Positions 12,261 to 24,963 of a DNA stretch of 64,000 nucleotides are shown here, one piece after another. The translations under genes were made by a program, and so were the position numbers. The stretch spans positions 372,001-436,000 of the forward strand of contig MU053431.1 in the NCBI GenBank assembly GCA_013239625.1. The letters run 5' to 3'. Numbering within the stretch: the stretch's first letter is position 1; every line of letters begins with the position of its first letter. The notes beneath the pieces are model-generated. The model saw only the letters and a list, made by a program, of their open reading frames with translations. It did not search any database and had not been told where the DNA came from. Source of the DNA: Lama guanicoe (lineage: Eukaryota).

Positions 12261-12560
12261 GCTAAAGCACCTGGCTTTCCTGTCCTCTCCTGAGACTCTG
12301 AGGAGGCTTCTGTATGCTGACATCAAAGGCTCCTCCGGACGCCCAGTGTGGTTGGCCAGCTTCCCACTGGCAGGGGCAGGACGAACGTGGAAAAGGTCAC
12401 CGAGCAGACGGAGCAGTGGACGGCCAGCAAGTGCCCTGTGAGTGCCTTCCCTCTGAAGATCACAGCCGATTCCGCCAACATGTTACCCACGGTCAGGTCC
12501 TGCATGAGGATAGGCTCAGGCCGCACTCAGGACCCTGTGGAAGCGAGTGTCTCAGAGGTC
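12261..12560 (+). pseudogene. Relic spectrin repeat 3 helices B-C
   Basis: Acceptor ctccatctcccgtag. TLRRLLYADIK and NVEKVTEQTEQ..KITADSAN vs UTRN SVRRLAILKEDM..KINSDSEE. Confidence 0.75.
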
Positions 12561-12899
12561 AGGGCACCTTCTCTGCTGCTCATCGCTGCCCCCACCAGCA
12601 GTCACAGCCTCACCTGCCACTGGGCAGAAGGCAAAACAAACAAAAAATACGGGGTTTGTTCCTACCTTTGAAAACATCACAGAAAGTCAAAGGAAATGTT
12701 TCCAGGCTGCACTACACACTGAGTAATGCCAGCAACAGGCAAACACATGAAGACCATCAGCCCCGGCACCTGAAACTCAAACGGCCCCCACGTGGCGTGG
12801 GCTGTCAGCGTCCCCATCACTGAGAACAGACGCCCCTTTTACCTGAAGGTCCAGTGACGGGCAGTGGGGAGGTCCCGGAGAAGGGATGTCCCCAGGGGA

Positions 12900-13310
12900 A
12901 GAAGGCAGGAGAGGAATGATTGAATTCCGACACTGATGCCGTGCATCACGGGCCAGCTGGCAGCCTTGCTGGGAGGCTGGATGCCCCACCACCCCGCTCG
13001 GCAGTGGAGGTTCTCGTTCAGACGTCCATGCTGACCTCTTCAACAGCTCAGCGAGGAAGCAAGAAAGGAGAGCGGAGGTCAATGACGTCCTGTTGCGGAG
13101 GGCATGGGACCCATGAGTTCCGCCCCACCCCACCCTACAAGTGACAGCCTGACAGCCCTCTGTGGGCAGGAGGAAGCGGAACTGACCTGACTTCGTGTGG
13201 TTCCCCGACAGGACTCGGCCAGTCCTCACTATGCTTTCTTGGTACGATTTGTATTTGAGGGTTTGTGCTAAGTCAGTCCAGATGGAAGAAGAGAGAAATA
13301 CGCTAAAAAA
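12900..13310 (+). pseudogene. Relic spectrin repeat 4
   Basis: LLGGWM, LQQLSEE/ERRAEVNDVL and QSRWKK give helix A, B and C patterns. Confidence 0.5.
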
Positions 13311-13439
13311 ACAGTGATGATGAAAGGGAGGGGCAGGGAGATAGTCGTAATGAAGACGCAGGGCTGGGGTGAGGGTAATGCTCATTTCTCCTCCTGCCAC
13401 GGTCCCCCGTGTGTAAGCAGACAGCTACCTTGGCTGGGG

Positions 13440-13640
13440 CCAGATTTTGACAAGGTCCCAGAGACTTCTGCAAGGACGTAGATGCTCCACAGTTTGCTGT
13501 CACCCCAGGGACTAGTGGGGCATCGGTAAGAGCCGCCCCCAGACAGCGCTACGGCAGTTAGCACATCTGACTTACACTGGGTGCCTCCTGGGAAACTAAA
13601 CAAACAAATGGATGATAAGCTGTCCCTGGAACACATTCCT
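13440..13640 (+). pseudogene. Relic spectrin helix A exon
   Basis: RDFCKDVDA fits the spectrin F.+D.D motif. Confidence 0.4.
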
Positions 13641-13881
13641 GGGACATTGGCTATAAATCCACCCTCTTCTTTTGCAAGCAGTGTCAAACATAGGTGGTGG
13701 CATTGATTTACCTGCAACCTAAAGCCTTAGAAGTGTCATTTGCAATTTTGCTACTTTATTTGGGGTGCCCACTTTTCACTCCAAGCCTCACCAAATGTGT
13801 GACAAGTCCCCGGGTCGTCTAAGATAAAACATCTCTCTGCCAACGCCCCAGTTCTCTGTAGAATCAGAAACCTCTCCTACT

Positions 13882-14048
13882 CAGGGCTTCACTCCTGGGA
13901 ATGAGGCCCCTGGGCCGGCAGTGTCAGTGTCACCGGGAGCTGGTTAGGCAGAATTTGGGGTCCCACCCGGACCTGCTGGCGAATCCTCACGTGTGTTTTA
14001 TCCAGATCCCTGGGGAATCTGCTGTTGTGCAGGGCAGTGGGAGCCACG
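13882..14048. mobile_element. MER5A-family hAT MITE
   Basis: gtcagtgtcaccgggagctggttag..cccacccggacctgctg..tgtgtttta. Confidence 0.65.
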
Positions 14049-14799
14049 ACGAGCCCTGCGTGGCTTCTGGCCCACTTCACACTGTGTCTGATCAGCTGCC
14101 CTGTTTCAGCAACGAGACCCCCACGCGCTGTGCCCCGTGAGCCGGAGAGAAGTCCACAGAGGCCAGTGGCTCGATGGACGGCACACAGGCAGAACCCTGC
14201 CTGCAGTCCGTCATTTTGGGGCTCACCTTACAACACCTTCCCTTTTCTCCATACCGTGCGCTGAAATGTGTCGCAAAGAGCCCCTCTAAGAAAGGCTGAT
14301 TTCGACAGGGAGAGCCTAGTCTAGTTCTGCCAAGCTCTCATGCCGGCTCCTCCCCACGCCTCCTCGCCGTCACCTTGCCGTGAGCGGGGTTTCCTTTAAC
14401 GGCTTGTAATTGCCGAGTGCTTTTCACCGTATTTTTCACCGTATTTACTGAGCCTCTCTCCTTCCGGCGTCTGCCCCCTGAAGAAGGATGGAGGCGGTGC
14501 AAGGTGGGAGGCGGGGATGAGCCTGGGTGACGAGATCTCATTTGACATCCGAGACACCGCTGTATTTCGCCCTTCTGAAGCGCCCTGCCTGGGCGGCCGT
14601 GCGGAATCACTGGTGATACGGGTACTTTCTGTTAGTTCGGGGTGTGGAGCATCTCTGTGATGGGTGCGCGTTCACATTTTACACTGCATTTTATAATCAG
14701 CAGCTGCGGAGGAGTGCGTTTCAGCTGGCCTCTTCGTGCCGGTGTTTATGCTGCCTACAGGCCAAAAGGAGATCTTTCTAAGGAGAAGGGCATGTTTTT

Positions 14800-15050
14800 T
14801 ATTCTTTATCGAAACATGTCATCGGGTCCTTTATGTGTCAGAGGAGCCTGTCCACCTTACTGAACGGTCCTGGAGGTGCTCTGTCTGCTCAGAATTTACA
14901 CCCTCTCAGTGCAAGGGCAGAATGTGAGCTTGCGATGCGCGGGAAAACAATGCTTTTGGAACAACAGTTTCAACTGATTATAAAATCGCTGAGTGGACAC
15001 ACTCGTTTCTGAAAAGATGATTGACAGAAAGTCAGAGGGATTCTGGCTGC
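14800..15050 (+). pseudogene. Relic spectrin repeat 5 helices B-C
   Basis: From 14836, TGT CAG AGG AGC CTG TCC ACC TTA CTG = CQRSLSTLL vs UTRN CQRELTNLL. Confidence 0.6.
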
Positions 15051-15299
15051 TTCGGACTGACATGAGTATTTTAGATCTGACTCGTGGTTCACGTGGCGAT
15101 GAGGGGGTGTCCCTCAGCCGCCAGGAAAGCAGAGTCGATGTAAATTAACGCTAACGTTCAAAGACGCTGGTTCACGATTTATTTTCAAAATAGTGTATCT
15201 GTGAAAAATTAAGAGCCACAAGGATCCAATTATCTCAATGGCAGTCTAATTTATGTGGCATGAAGTACTTAAAAAAAAGTCGGGAGGGATGTTTAGTAA

Positions 15300-15803
15300 G
15301 GCTGAGTCGGTGTCGCCTTGCTGGATCACAGCTTGAAGTCTATCTGAACGACACAGATCTCATTAAACACCATCAGCTTAAAGCCGCTTAGGTGGTAAGA
15401 AAGATGACGGTGAAGATCAGCCCGACAGAGGTTTTCCTTTTGTTCCTAAGTGTGCTTCCTCTTGGGAGCACCCCCGACTGCCCCAGGCAAACAGTGCTTT
15501 CACAGCGCGACCAGCCGTGAAGGTGGGTGGGCTGGGGACCCCTTTCCAGCAGGACGCCCAGGTCACCAGCGGCCCGGCTGTGTGGGGAGGTTCAGACCAT
15601 CAGATCCCTCTGTCCCAGAACCCGCAGCCCTGACCGCACGCTGGTATTGATTTGGAGAGGAGCTTTGAGATCGATCAATATCTGTTGGCGGCTGGAACCT
15701 TCAGATATTTGTTACAGACCCAGATGGTCATGTTTCCGTGAGCAGAGAGGGTGGCCAGTGTTCAGAGCTACATAATTAAATAACCCTGGTTTCGCTGTGG
15801 TTG
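15300..15803 (+). pseudogene. Relic spectrin repeat 6 to 7 segments
   Basis: QLEVYLNDTD (TLKDVLNDSE), ALTARW, RSFEIDQYLL (RAFEADSTVI). Donors gtaaga near 15394 and gtaagt at 15804. Confidence 0.55.
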
Positions 15804-15856
15804 GTAAGTGGCAGGTCGACACGGAGGCCGGCGTTCGCTGTGATCTGTCTTAACAG

Positions 15857-16521
15857 GAACAACCCACTCTGACCTGTTCCTTTGGCACCCGTCTAAGGGA
15901 AGACGATTTGTCATTCGCTACTTTAGAAGCAGTCTCTCCCTTCTGATGAGCTATGTAGACAGATGGGGGTTTCCAGTGGCCACGGTGACCAAAAATATCA
16001 GGCAGCTAGAGAAGGTGAAAGACCCCAGAGCAGAGCAGCTCACAGCCGATCTCCCCAGGTGCTCCCTCCGCACGCGGGAAGGGCCGCAGGAGGCGAAATA
16101 TCAAAGCCAGGAGGCGACCGGGGCTGCCGCCCTTCCCAGCATCCCCGAGGGACATGGAGAATGTCCTCTCCGCGTCAGCCTCATGCCGGGGGCTGCATCG
16201 GGCTCTGCAGGCTTACCTGGCTGGCGTCGTCACCTGATGGCACAGGTGCCGCTGAGCTCAGAGCAGGCGTTAAGATGCGTTTCCCCAGCGAGGGAGAATT
16301 CCAAAATAGGCTGCTGTTTACCATTTTGTCGTCTATGGAAGGTGTTTGGGGACACACTGATGAAACGCCATGTATCTGGCCGTTCTAGGCAGCTTCCAGG
16401 GATGTCAGCCCATTCTGGAGGGACTGGGGATGGGGGTGGGGCGTGCAGGGTCAGCTGGTGCTTGCATGGCCACAGCCGCGAGGGAGGCAATGTACGATGC
16501 CCCGAATGCAGCCGAGTCAAG
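15857..16521 (+). pseudogene. Relic spectrin-repeat exon
   Basis: Acceptor tctgtcttaacag. VATVTKNIRQLEKVKDPRAEQLTADL vs UTRN VKILKDNIKLL...ELTSEL. Also MENVLS..LQAYL. Confidence 0.6.
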
Positions 16522-16943
16522 GTAGAATAGATCTATGTTTACACAAAAACAGAAGTTAAGATTCAAAAGACTCAAGACAGGACTCCCAACAGTCCGTGTA
16601 GCCAGAACAGTCAGATTTTATTACCACTTTCCCACTGTCTGCTGAGACTTCTGGCTTCTCGGAAGCACAGCCTAACGGAGAGAAGAGAGTTTGAATCTCT
16701 GCTCTGCCACTTGCCGGGTGACAATGTGAGCTGAGCCGCAGGTCCCTTATCTCAAGAGAGAAGTCATAATCCCCGGCGTCAAGGAGCCTTGTGTGGAGCA
16801 GATGAGCTGTGAGACGCGGTACCCAGGGAGCTGCTGCTTGGTAAGTAGTCTCTGAATGGCATGTTCCTCCAGTGGGTGTATGTTTCTTTACCACGTGGCC
16901 ATGCTACACACACACAGTAATACACAGGCACCTTCATCTCCGG

Positions 16944-16971
16944 GTGTGTGTGTGTGTGTGTGTGTGTGTGT
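16944..16971. repeat. (GT)14 microsatellite
   Basis: Read directly. Confidence 0.95.
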
Positions 16972-17199
16972 CTGTCCACTCTCAGAACCTCAGCAACACA
17001 CGAGGCATCCGTCAGACCTGTGGGGAACCGTGTCTTCCTTCCTGACCTTCTGATCTAGCGTTGACTTCCTCAACCCGAGGCTCCATGTGGTCGTATCTAA
17101 TTCTTGCGGCCCCATTCATCTTGCGCCAGCTCTAAATGATGCATATTCTGGGAGGCCCCTGAGCAGATGAAAAGGTGCATGTTGCTCCTGGGGTCCAGC

Positions 17200-17400
17200 A
17201 AGCACATCCAGCTCAGCTCGTCAGTGCAAGTACGGCCTTAACTTTGAAGGTGCGCACTCTCCCTGGCCGTGGCCTTCTCTCGCAGACTCAAATCAGACCG
17301 CACCGCTCCAGCTCAGCAGTTTACAGAGGGCTTCCACGTGTGGCTGGGATCAGCCGCTTTCTGCCCAGAGGTCAGTGGCAGACCGTCAGGCTTTGTAGGG
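17200..17400 (+). pseudogene. Relic spectrin helix C/A segment
   Basis: AQQFTEGFHVWLGSA fits QQF......WL. Confidence 0.45.
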
Positions 17401-18969
17401 CTCACCTTCACCATTAGCAGAACGTCTTCCCTCTCACTGATGCCCAGGACCAGAAGTCACAGGGGGCAGAATTTAATTTCTCCCTAGGCCAGTGCCAGAG
17501 AATTAACCAGTGTCCTTTGGTGGAGAGCGGGTAGAAAGACACATTAAGGTGGTGAGAGAGGGGCAGACTCTCCAGGCAACAGCAGAAGGCGAGACCAGGA
17601 GGATTCTTTTTCTGAGACTTGCACAGTGTGTGGGGTGTTCCCCGTGACATATTGAAGGAGCCGTAGTATTATTTTTTTTAAGATGGTGGAGGAGAGGTCC
17701 ATTGTCATCAGGTGTCAGGACAAGTTAGAGGCTGGCACCAGAAGAAAATCCACGCGTAGTCTACCATGGGCCCTGTACTGTCCTCATCCATCCTGGTTTC
17801 CCCAGCATCTCATTGCTTCCTTCACAGCACTTTTTGCAGTTTGGTTCTTCTCTGCCTCCTTCCTCCCAAAGGAAGACATCCCGTCAAGGGCAGTGATCGC
17901 CAGGATGCCCTCATCGTTGATTTCACCCTGCGTCCCAGGCCCTGGGCAGCACGCCTGGTACCATGGACAGATGCCTGGGACTGAGTGGACGGGAGAGCAG
18001 GCAGAGAAGGAGGGACATGGCGGAGGGAGTTCTCATTGCTTCCGTGGAGCTGCCACAGGAGCAGTCGTGCAGGGAAGTCAGAAAAGAAGGGAAATGACGG
18101 ATAAAACAGGGTTGCGTTTCCTGAGCAGCTGCCACGTGGCATAGCTCGCTGCTGACACTGGACCTGCGAGGCAGGCACTGTCCTCCAAGGGTCAGAGACG
18201 GAGTCTCACACTTGAGGCTGTTGCTCTCTTGTAAGGGATCAAATCAGGATTCAACCTCGCGACTTGGCCCAGGCGGACCGCCAGGAGGGCCCGAGCCCTG
18301 CTAGGAGGGACGGGGATACCACAGGTGTGGGTAGGGTCCCCTGGACCAGTGGGTGGGCTCCCTGGAAGGGAACCTCCAGCCTCCCCTTCCTCCTGTCGTG
18401 CACCAGGTGCCACCAGCTTCCCCTGGGCCTGGACACCTGGACACCATGCTCCCCAAGGGCCACAGAGGGTGAGGAGAGGACCTGCTGGGGTTCCTGACTC
18501 CTCCCCCAATCCAGCGCCCAAGTCGTCTTCCCTGATGACCAGGGGCTCCATGGGTGGAGTCTGCCCTCCTCGGACCCCGGCCATGAGTAGGGAAGGTCTT
18601 TGTGAAGACCGTTGTGAGAAAAAAGAGGCGCTTTGCTGTCCTTAGACGCGGAATCTCTGCTGTGATTCTTTAATGAAAAAGCCTTCGGCTTCTGCCCCTG
18701 CTTACTTCTTGTTACAACAATTACAAATGCTTCTGTGGCTTTGGGGAGAGTTTTCTGGAAGCATAGAGGAAAAAATCTATTTTCATTAGAGCTCTTCCTT
18801 TTAAATTAGGCTGCTGTTTCTTGTGGTCCTAATGCCACCTGAGTTGACTTTCCTGATCAGATGGCTGGGTCTGAATTGCCACAGGCGTCTCTGCAGAGGG
18901 CATTCCTGGGCTGCCCCTCTGAGTGGCTGGGGTGGCGTCCTTGCACTCGGCTGTCTTCAGTTACGTCGT

Positions 18970-19180
18970 AACCAGTGCTGGTAGAGCCAGCGCTGAGAGT
19001 TTCATACCTGCCTCACCTCTTGAAGGTCTCACAGTGACCTCATGAGAGAGGTGCCACTGTCATTCCCATTGTACAGGTGGGGAAACTAAGGCACAGGGCC
19101 AGACAACTTCACACGCTGAAGCAGGCAGCTAGCAGGTGCAGCCAGGAGGTGGCTGAGATGGGGTCTGGGTGCTGTGGCCT
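18970..19180 (-). mobile_element. MIR
   Basis: cccattgtacaggtggggaaactaaggcacag. Confidence 0.7.
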
Positions 19181-19279
19181 GCTGGTAAGCCAGCTCTCTG
19201 GGGGAATAAGGAGGGGTGCGTTTTATCACTTGCCAATTTCAATCCATCATTTAAAGCTACCAATGGTTTAACAGATGGC

Positions 19280-19406
19280 TTACTGAATTCCTGAACTGCA
19301 GACACATGAGTGAGAAATAAAGGCTAGTTGCTGTAAACCCTTTGGGTATGGGGTAGTTTGTTACACAGCATCATCTGCATCACAGTGGTAATAGCTGACC
19401 CATACA
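19280..19406 (+). mobile_element. Old MLT1 LTR 3' end
   Basis: gagaaataaa..ggggtagtttgttacacagca..taatagctgacccataca. Confidence 0.7.
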
Positions 19407-20059
19407 CTCCCTTTGTTTGTAGAGCCAGGAATCAGTGTTTTCTCCCAACCAGGGAGCCTCTGCAGTGAAAAATAAGGTAAAATCCTTTCCACAATGAGAT
19501 GCCTGTCAGAGCAGTGACCTCCTAGTCTGTTCATGGAGCCACGTCTCAACTTTTAAGACCGGGCCTCACAGAGGCTACGACAAAACAGAGTTTATGCCTT
19601 TAAGATCGCCATTTGTGTCTGTACAGCAGGCCACTGAGCTCACCTGAAAACCAGAGCAGAACCATCATCCTTGGAGTGGCCGGGATCCAGCCCCACATCT
19701 GTCTCCAGGGACCACCACTGTGACTGGTGTGGACCACCCGTCTCCCTCAGCCGTTCAGATCGTCCCCTTCAACAAGGACGCAGGCCCGCATTTACCATGA
19801 ATGAGACTCAGAGGTCCCCGAGACACAGGAAGGTGAAGTGGTCCTCCCCTCCCCCGCATCTGTTTGGTAATTTATTTATGAGATTTCAGCTGTGCTGGGT
19901 GTCGTACGTCCTCGGGGCACAGATGACTTCATTCTGCATGATTAAAACATGACTCAGGAATCAGAGAGAAAGGTCGAGTCTTCCCGGGCGTGAGTTGTCG
20001 TACCTCCTTCGTTGTGATGTAGGGGACACCTCTGGACATGTTTCTTTTTTTTCCCAAGA

Positions 20060-20680
20060 GTTACTCTTTTTGAGAGACTTTTAGACCTACAGAAAAGTTG
20101 CAAAAATGATTCAGAGTACCCACACACCCTTCACTCACCTCCCCCTTATGTTAACATCTTATGTAATTTTTATCAAAATTCAGAAATTTCTCTCACTGTG
20201 ATGCCGCCCACTGGAGCATGGAGCTCAGTGAGCGCCCCAGTGGTTCATCCCCCGGGCCTCCGGTCCAGGGTCTGCTCCGGGACCCCACGCTCTGTTTGGT
20301 AGTCGTGCCCCCTTCATCTCTTCCAGTCTGGGACAATTCTTCTGACTTTCCTTATCTTTGGTGGCCTTGACACTTTGGAAGATACTGGTCAGTTATTTTG
20401 TGGAAAATACCGCATTGCCTTTTTGGGTTTGTCCACTGCTTGCTGGTGATGAGGCTGAGGGTGTGTGTTGCTGGGAGGGACCCACAGGCAGCGTGCCCCC
20501 CGCTTGCATCCTGTCGGGGTGCGTGGTGTTGACATGGCTTCCTGGTGGTGCAGCCCATGACCTGAGCCTCCCGGGCCTGTGCCAGGATTCTCCCCCAAAA
20601 CTGTCCTTCCCTTTGCAATTACTGAATACTTGGGAGGGCGGCAATGCCAACATCCTGTTTCTGCTTCAACCCTGAGCAGC
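20060..20680 (-). mobile_element. L1MC4/5-like 3' UTR
   Basis: ttagacctacagaaaagttgcaaaaat..ccttgacactttggaagatactggtcagttattttgt. Confidence 0.8.
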
Positions 20681-22211
20681 GCACACAGCCTACGAGAGCG
20701 CACGATTAACCCCCTGCTCCGGTCTGTCAGCTTGAGGGGCTACGTGTTAAGCCAAGGAAGTGGCGGGTCAGTCCCAACCAGTCCCTCTCTCCACCCCCTC
20801 TCACACCTTCCTCCCGAGTCTGCTGTTCCGCCTGTCCAGCCTCCGCCTGACCCTGCTCCCTGCCAGCCCCTTCCTTTCAACCCAGGAGCCCCCCCGGCGC
20901 CTGTGGCTGCACCACGGCAGCAGCCTGGGCAGGCTCTTACGTGAATCCTTCAGCGCAGGAGCATATTCCAGCCTCAGGGAACCAGCTCCCCCAACAGGTG
21001 GGGCCGACTAGGTGCAATTTCCCAGCATTTCTGGCCTCTGAGTTCGTCTCTTGCCCCCACCGGGCACACGCCCTGACCCTCGGGACCTTGGCTCTGCAGC
21101 CCTCCTGCTCAAGGCATCCTTCTGTCCCTCAGGCTGATCAGCGTCCTGTCACCCCTGTGGAAGGAGGTGCAGGTTTGCAGGTGAGGGCACCTGGGCAGAT
21201 GGGCAGATCGCCATCCTGGGGTTCTTTTCAAAGCACTGTAAGTAACAGCCGTGGGCCCTGCTTTCCTGGTAAATGTCACAAACTGTGCATCGGTTTCCCG
21301 GGCTAACCTGCCGTGACGATTACAGTCGGCCGGTTGGATTTCTTTCCTTCTTTTTTTTTTTCAACCAAACATAAGTTAAGGTCTCCAAACAGAGACATTG
21401 ATCCAGGATTTCGGTTTCGTCCTCCGCTGTCTCAGCTTTATGAGGACCCAAGTGGTTACTGTGGAAACTTTTGACAGGCCCAGTAGTCCGGCAAATTAAA
21501 TCTTCCAGCCCAAGCAAATCCTGCCCCGGCATCTCCGCATCTTTTCGGTGGGTTTGTCTGTCTCTTCTGTGGTGGACATTGCCTTACCTCCCTGGGGTGC
21601 AGGTTCAGCACTAAAAGGGCTGAAAACAAAATGAGCTTACGTTACAGACAGCCTGCTCCTGCCGCTGCTTTTTCACGGCAGAGGAGAGAAAAGGGGCCAC
21701 AGAGGGGACAATGCGTCCCAGAGGAAGGGACAAATGAAAGATGGCGCGTGAAGTGGGAGCGTCCGGCTGGGCAGCGCTGAGCCCTGTTCTGCTGGGGAAG
21801 GTGTGCTGGCCGACCTGCTGTGGGACCCCCTCGGTTCTCCTGGGGCGGGAAGAACACCGTCCATGACCCATTGAGGGGGCAGCCTGGATCAACCACGCAT
21901 CCCCACAAGGCCTGTTTACCCGCCCACGGGGGCCTGTCCTCCCTAGCCAGACTCCCAGTGCACGTTCTTGTGTTACTGTAAGTCGTATTATTGTAAACCT
22001 GTCTTCCCCACCGGCCTGTGAATCCCAGGAGTCCAAGGCCATGCTGTGTCCACATCCACCTCAGGTTTGAGGTCAGGGCCTGGTGTGAGTCGGAGGCTCA
22101 GGACTGTTGGTGGAAGGAATGAACTGGTGACCTTGACAGAGGCAGGCCGGCCCCGTCTCCCAGCCCTCAGCCCAGAGCCTCGGACAGCAGCTCCTTTATA
22201 AAGTCTGAACT

Positions 22212-22425
22212 AGAAGCTTGAGATTTACAAATGTTAGGCACTATATATAAAAATAGATTTTAAAAAAAGTTTCTTCTGTACAGCGCAGGGAACTATGTTC
22301 AATATCTTGTAATGACCTTTAATGAAAAAACAGGAAAACAAATACATGTATGTGTGTGCTGTATGCATTGTGCTGTACACCAGAAACTGGCACATTAGAA
22401 CTGACTGCCCTTCGATTGAAAAAAG
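22212..22425 (+). mobile_element. Camelid-type L1 3' tail
   Basis: gagatttacaaatgttag..cagggaactatgttcaatatcttgta..gctgtacaccagaaa, followed by an A tail. Confidence 0.8.
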
Positions 22426-23105
22426 GGACAAAAAACCCTGGGCCATGGGCGGTGCTGGGAGGATGGCCGCCCTCTCCTTTACCGCTCTCTACGTCTGCTG
22501 ACCGCCTTCCTCCTCTGAGCGTCACCAGGTCCTGCACAGCCCCCATCTCCGACTCGAGCGTATGAAACATTTCCATTCCCGCCCCTTGCTCCCACGTTCG
22601 CTCCTTTCCTGTCTTTCCTCTTGGCTCTCCGGGACCCTCAGAGTGGCTCTCCCCGGGGCCCTGTCTGTGTCCTGAATGGAGTCATTAAACAGCAGAGTAG
22701 ATGCAACGTTCTGGTTCTCGTACTCAATTATGTTAAATTATCCGTGCCCATGAAATCTCTCCCCCTGTTGCATTATTTAGGCAGAAAGCGCTAAATAAAT
22801 AAGACGTCTGTCTTTTCATTCCTAATTCTCAGGTAGTTACAAACAGACTGACTTTTTTTTCCTAATCATGGATATACTTTTATGGAGATGGTTGATTTCC
22901 TCTCTGCAGAAACTTGAGTTTGACGGAAGCCCTAAACTTGTAGGGGGCATCATGCCTGCTGCCTCCCCGTTGTGCCCAGAGGGTGTCTCACCCCGGCTCT
23001 TTTAGAGCAGCTGCTGTAGCTGAGCGAGCCCGAGGTCAGGGAGGGGCTCGCCCTGAGGCCCGTTTTGTCTCTTCTTGAACCAGCGAGTCCTGTGGTCCCA
23101 ACAAG

Positions 23106-23340
23106 GCTTTGAGTCCAGATGGTGCCCCGTGGGAAATGCACTCGGATTTTACGCAGGGGAACTTCAGCAAACAGCTCCTTACATTTTGCTTTCCCAAGTG
23201 CGTGCCCAGTGGAGGTTGGATGAATGTTCACCTTCTCTCACACTTCTTCCTGTCCTAATGGTGATAAAGCAGCAAGAGGAGAGCTCCCTTTTCAGAAAAG
23301 CTGATCACCCAGTGTTCGCGTGGAACACAGGCTCCCTCAT
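23106..23340 (+). pseudogene. Relic spectrin exon
   Basis: acaag|GFESRWCPVGNAL..ELQQ has the helix C tryptophan motif. GT at 23341. Confidence 0.45.
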
Positions 23341-23384
23341 GTAAAGCCGTCATCAGACTGTATCTCGTTTAATACAGAAGAAAC

Positions 23385-23620
23385 GCAGCATAGTGCTTAA
23401 GAGCACAGACTCCAGAGACAGATGCCCAGCACGGCCACAGGCTAGCTCTGTGACCTTGGACAAGTGGCTCAACCTCTCTGTGCCTCACTTTTCCCATCTT
23501 CAAAATAGGGTAATAATAGTACTTAACTCATTGGGTTATTGTGAGGATTAACTGAGTTAATGTAGAATGGTGCTTAGCCTGTGATAAATGTTACATTTAT
23601 TGTTAATTATTGTCATTATT
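23385..23620 (+). mobile_element. MIR, near full length
   Basis: gcatagtgcttaagagcacagactc..tgtgaccttggacaagt..gtgaggattaa. Confidence 0.9.
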
Positions 23621-23996
23621 TTTATAAGATGGATTTCATTGAGCACTACAGGAGATCTGCTGGTTAACGCGTTCAGTCTTTGACCTGTGCACTCATGCCG
23701 CAAGCATCGCTCCCGGGCTCTCGGGACCGTGTGGGCGCCAGGGCTCCTTAGCCGTTCGCCGTCTGCAGCGCATTTCTCATCAGTGGGGAGAAGCTTCGAG
23801 TCCCCCCTCCAGGTTGAGCTGCCTTATTTCTGCCGACACAGAGCCTCGTCCAGTGTGTCCCCTACCAGTGACGGGCCCTGGACACAGCTGCAGAGAAAAT
23901 GTCACACACACACAGACGAGGTCAGCGGGAGAGAATGAGCCGGGTGCGCTGGTGTAGGCGCTCCTGTTGAAGAATTCGTCTTTTCTCATCCGCCAG

Positions 23997-24109
23997 ATTT
24001 CTTGGCACTTTGGAACCTTGGCAGTTCCTGGGTTTTGTGCAACAGATGAACAACAGATTCAGGATTGTACCGTTTCCTTCTGAACCCGTTAAGCACTTTC
24101 CGGGTGTAG
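23997..24109 (+). pseudogene. Relic spectrin exon
   Basis: Acceptor ttttctcatccgccag, donor gtaagc. VQQMNNRF vs LEAFNSRY. Confidence 0.5.
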
Positions 24110-24432
24110 GTAAGCGTTCAGTGGCAGGCAGGGGGAGTGACTACGTTTCCATCTTGTCAGTTGTGCCTAATCTGTGTTAGTGGGGCCGAGGGGAGGACTG
24201 GGGTCATGCAGGTGGCCACAGATGCACACCTGGGAAAGCACTGAAGCAGGAAAAGATGTCCCCAGCCATCTGCTCGGGCAGCACCATTTTTTTTCTATCC
24301 CGCTGCTCTGCCTGCAGCGGACACCTCCTCTCCTTCCTAGGAGAGCAGCTCTTCCCTGGCAGACGCTGGGTGGTCTGTGCTGCACCCACTCTGTGCACAA
24401 AATCAAATCCCATGTTTTCTTTCTTCCTCAAG

Positions 24433-24761
24433 TTCAGTCAGGGACAACATCTGCCTTCCTTCCCTGAGATGAGACCAGCTGGCGTGACACCACCCTTGAA
24501 GCAAAGGTGTCATCCGCAGTTCACGAAGGATTTGATGGCCTCAGTTAAGTACCCCTTCCGTCCTGACCAAGTGCCCATGAATGCCAGGGAAGTCACATTC
24601 AGAGGAAACAGACTGAATGAGAAGAAAGCAAAAGTTTTTAAGAAGTTGTTTATAGACATTTTGATAATATCTCTTTGTTGGGATAAAAAAATAATTAAAA
24701 ACTTAAAAATAAAACCCAGAGTCTATCGTAGCATTCGGACTTCGTTCCTTCCAGATTTGTG
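24433..24761 (+). pseudogene. Relic spectrin exon
   Basis: Acceptor tttctttcttcctcaag, donor gtaatt. QFTKDL, QVPMNAREV, VYRHFDNISLLG vs UTRN VLRHPADN..ELG. Confidence 0.55.
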
Positions 24762-24776
24762 GTAATTGATGCCAGG

Positions 24777-24963
24777 CAGTGGTTCTCAGGGGAACGTTTA
24801 CCCTGCCGGGGGATGTTTGACAGCACCTGGGTACATTTTTGGCTGTTGCTGTTGGCATTTAGTGGACGGAGGCCGGGGCACTGCCAGACATCCCACAGTG
24901 CCCAAGTCTGCACCTCACAGGAGGTGACCGTCTGGCCGTCAGTACCCAGGTCGAGACACCATT
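24777..24963 (+). mobile_element. MER20 hAT MITE
   Basis: cagtggttctca..acatttttggctg..tggcatttagtgg. Confidence 0.8.
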
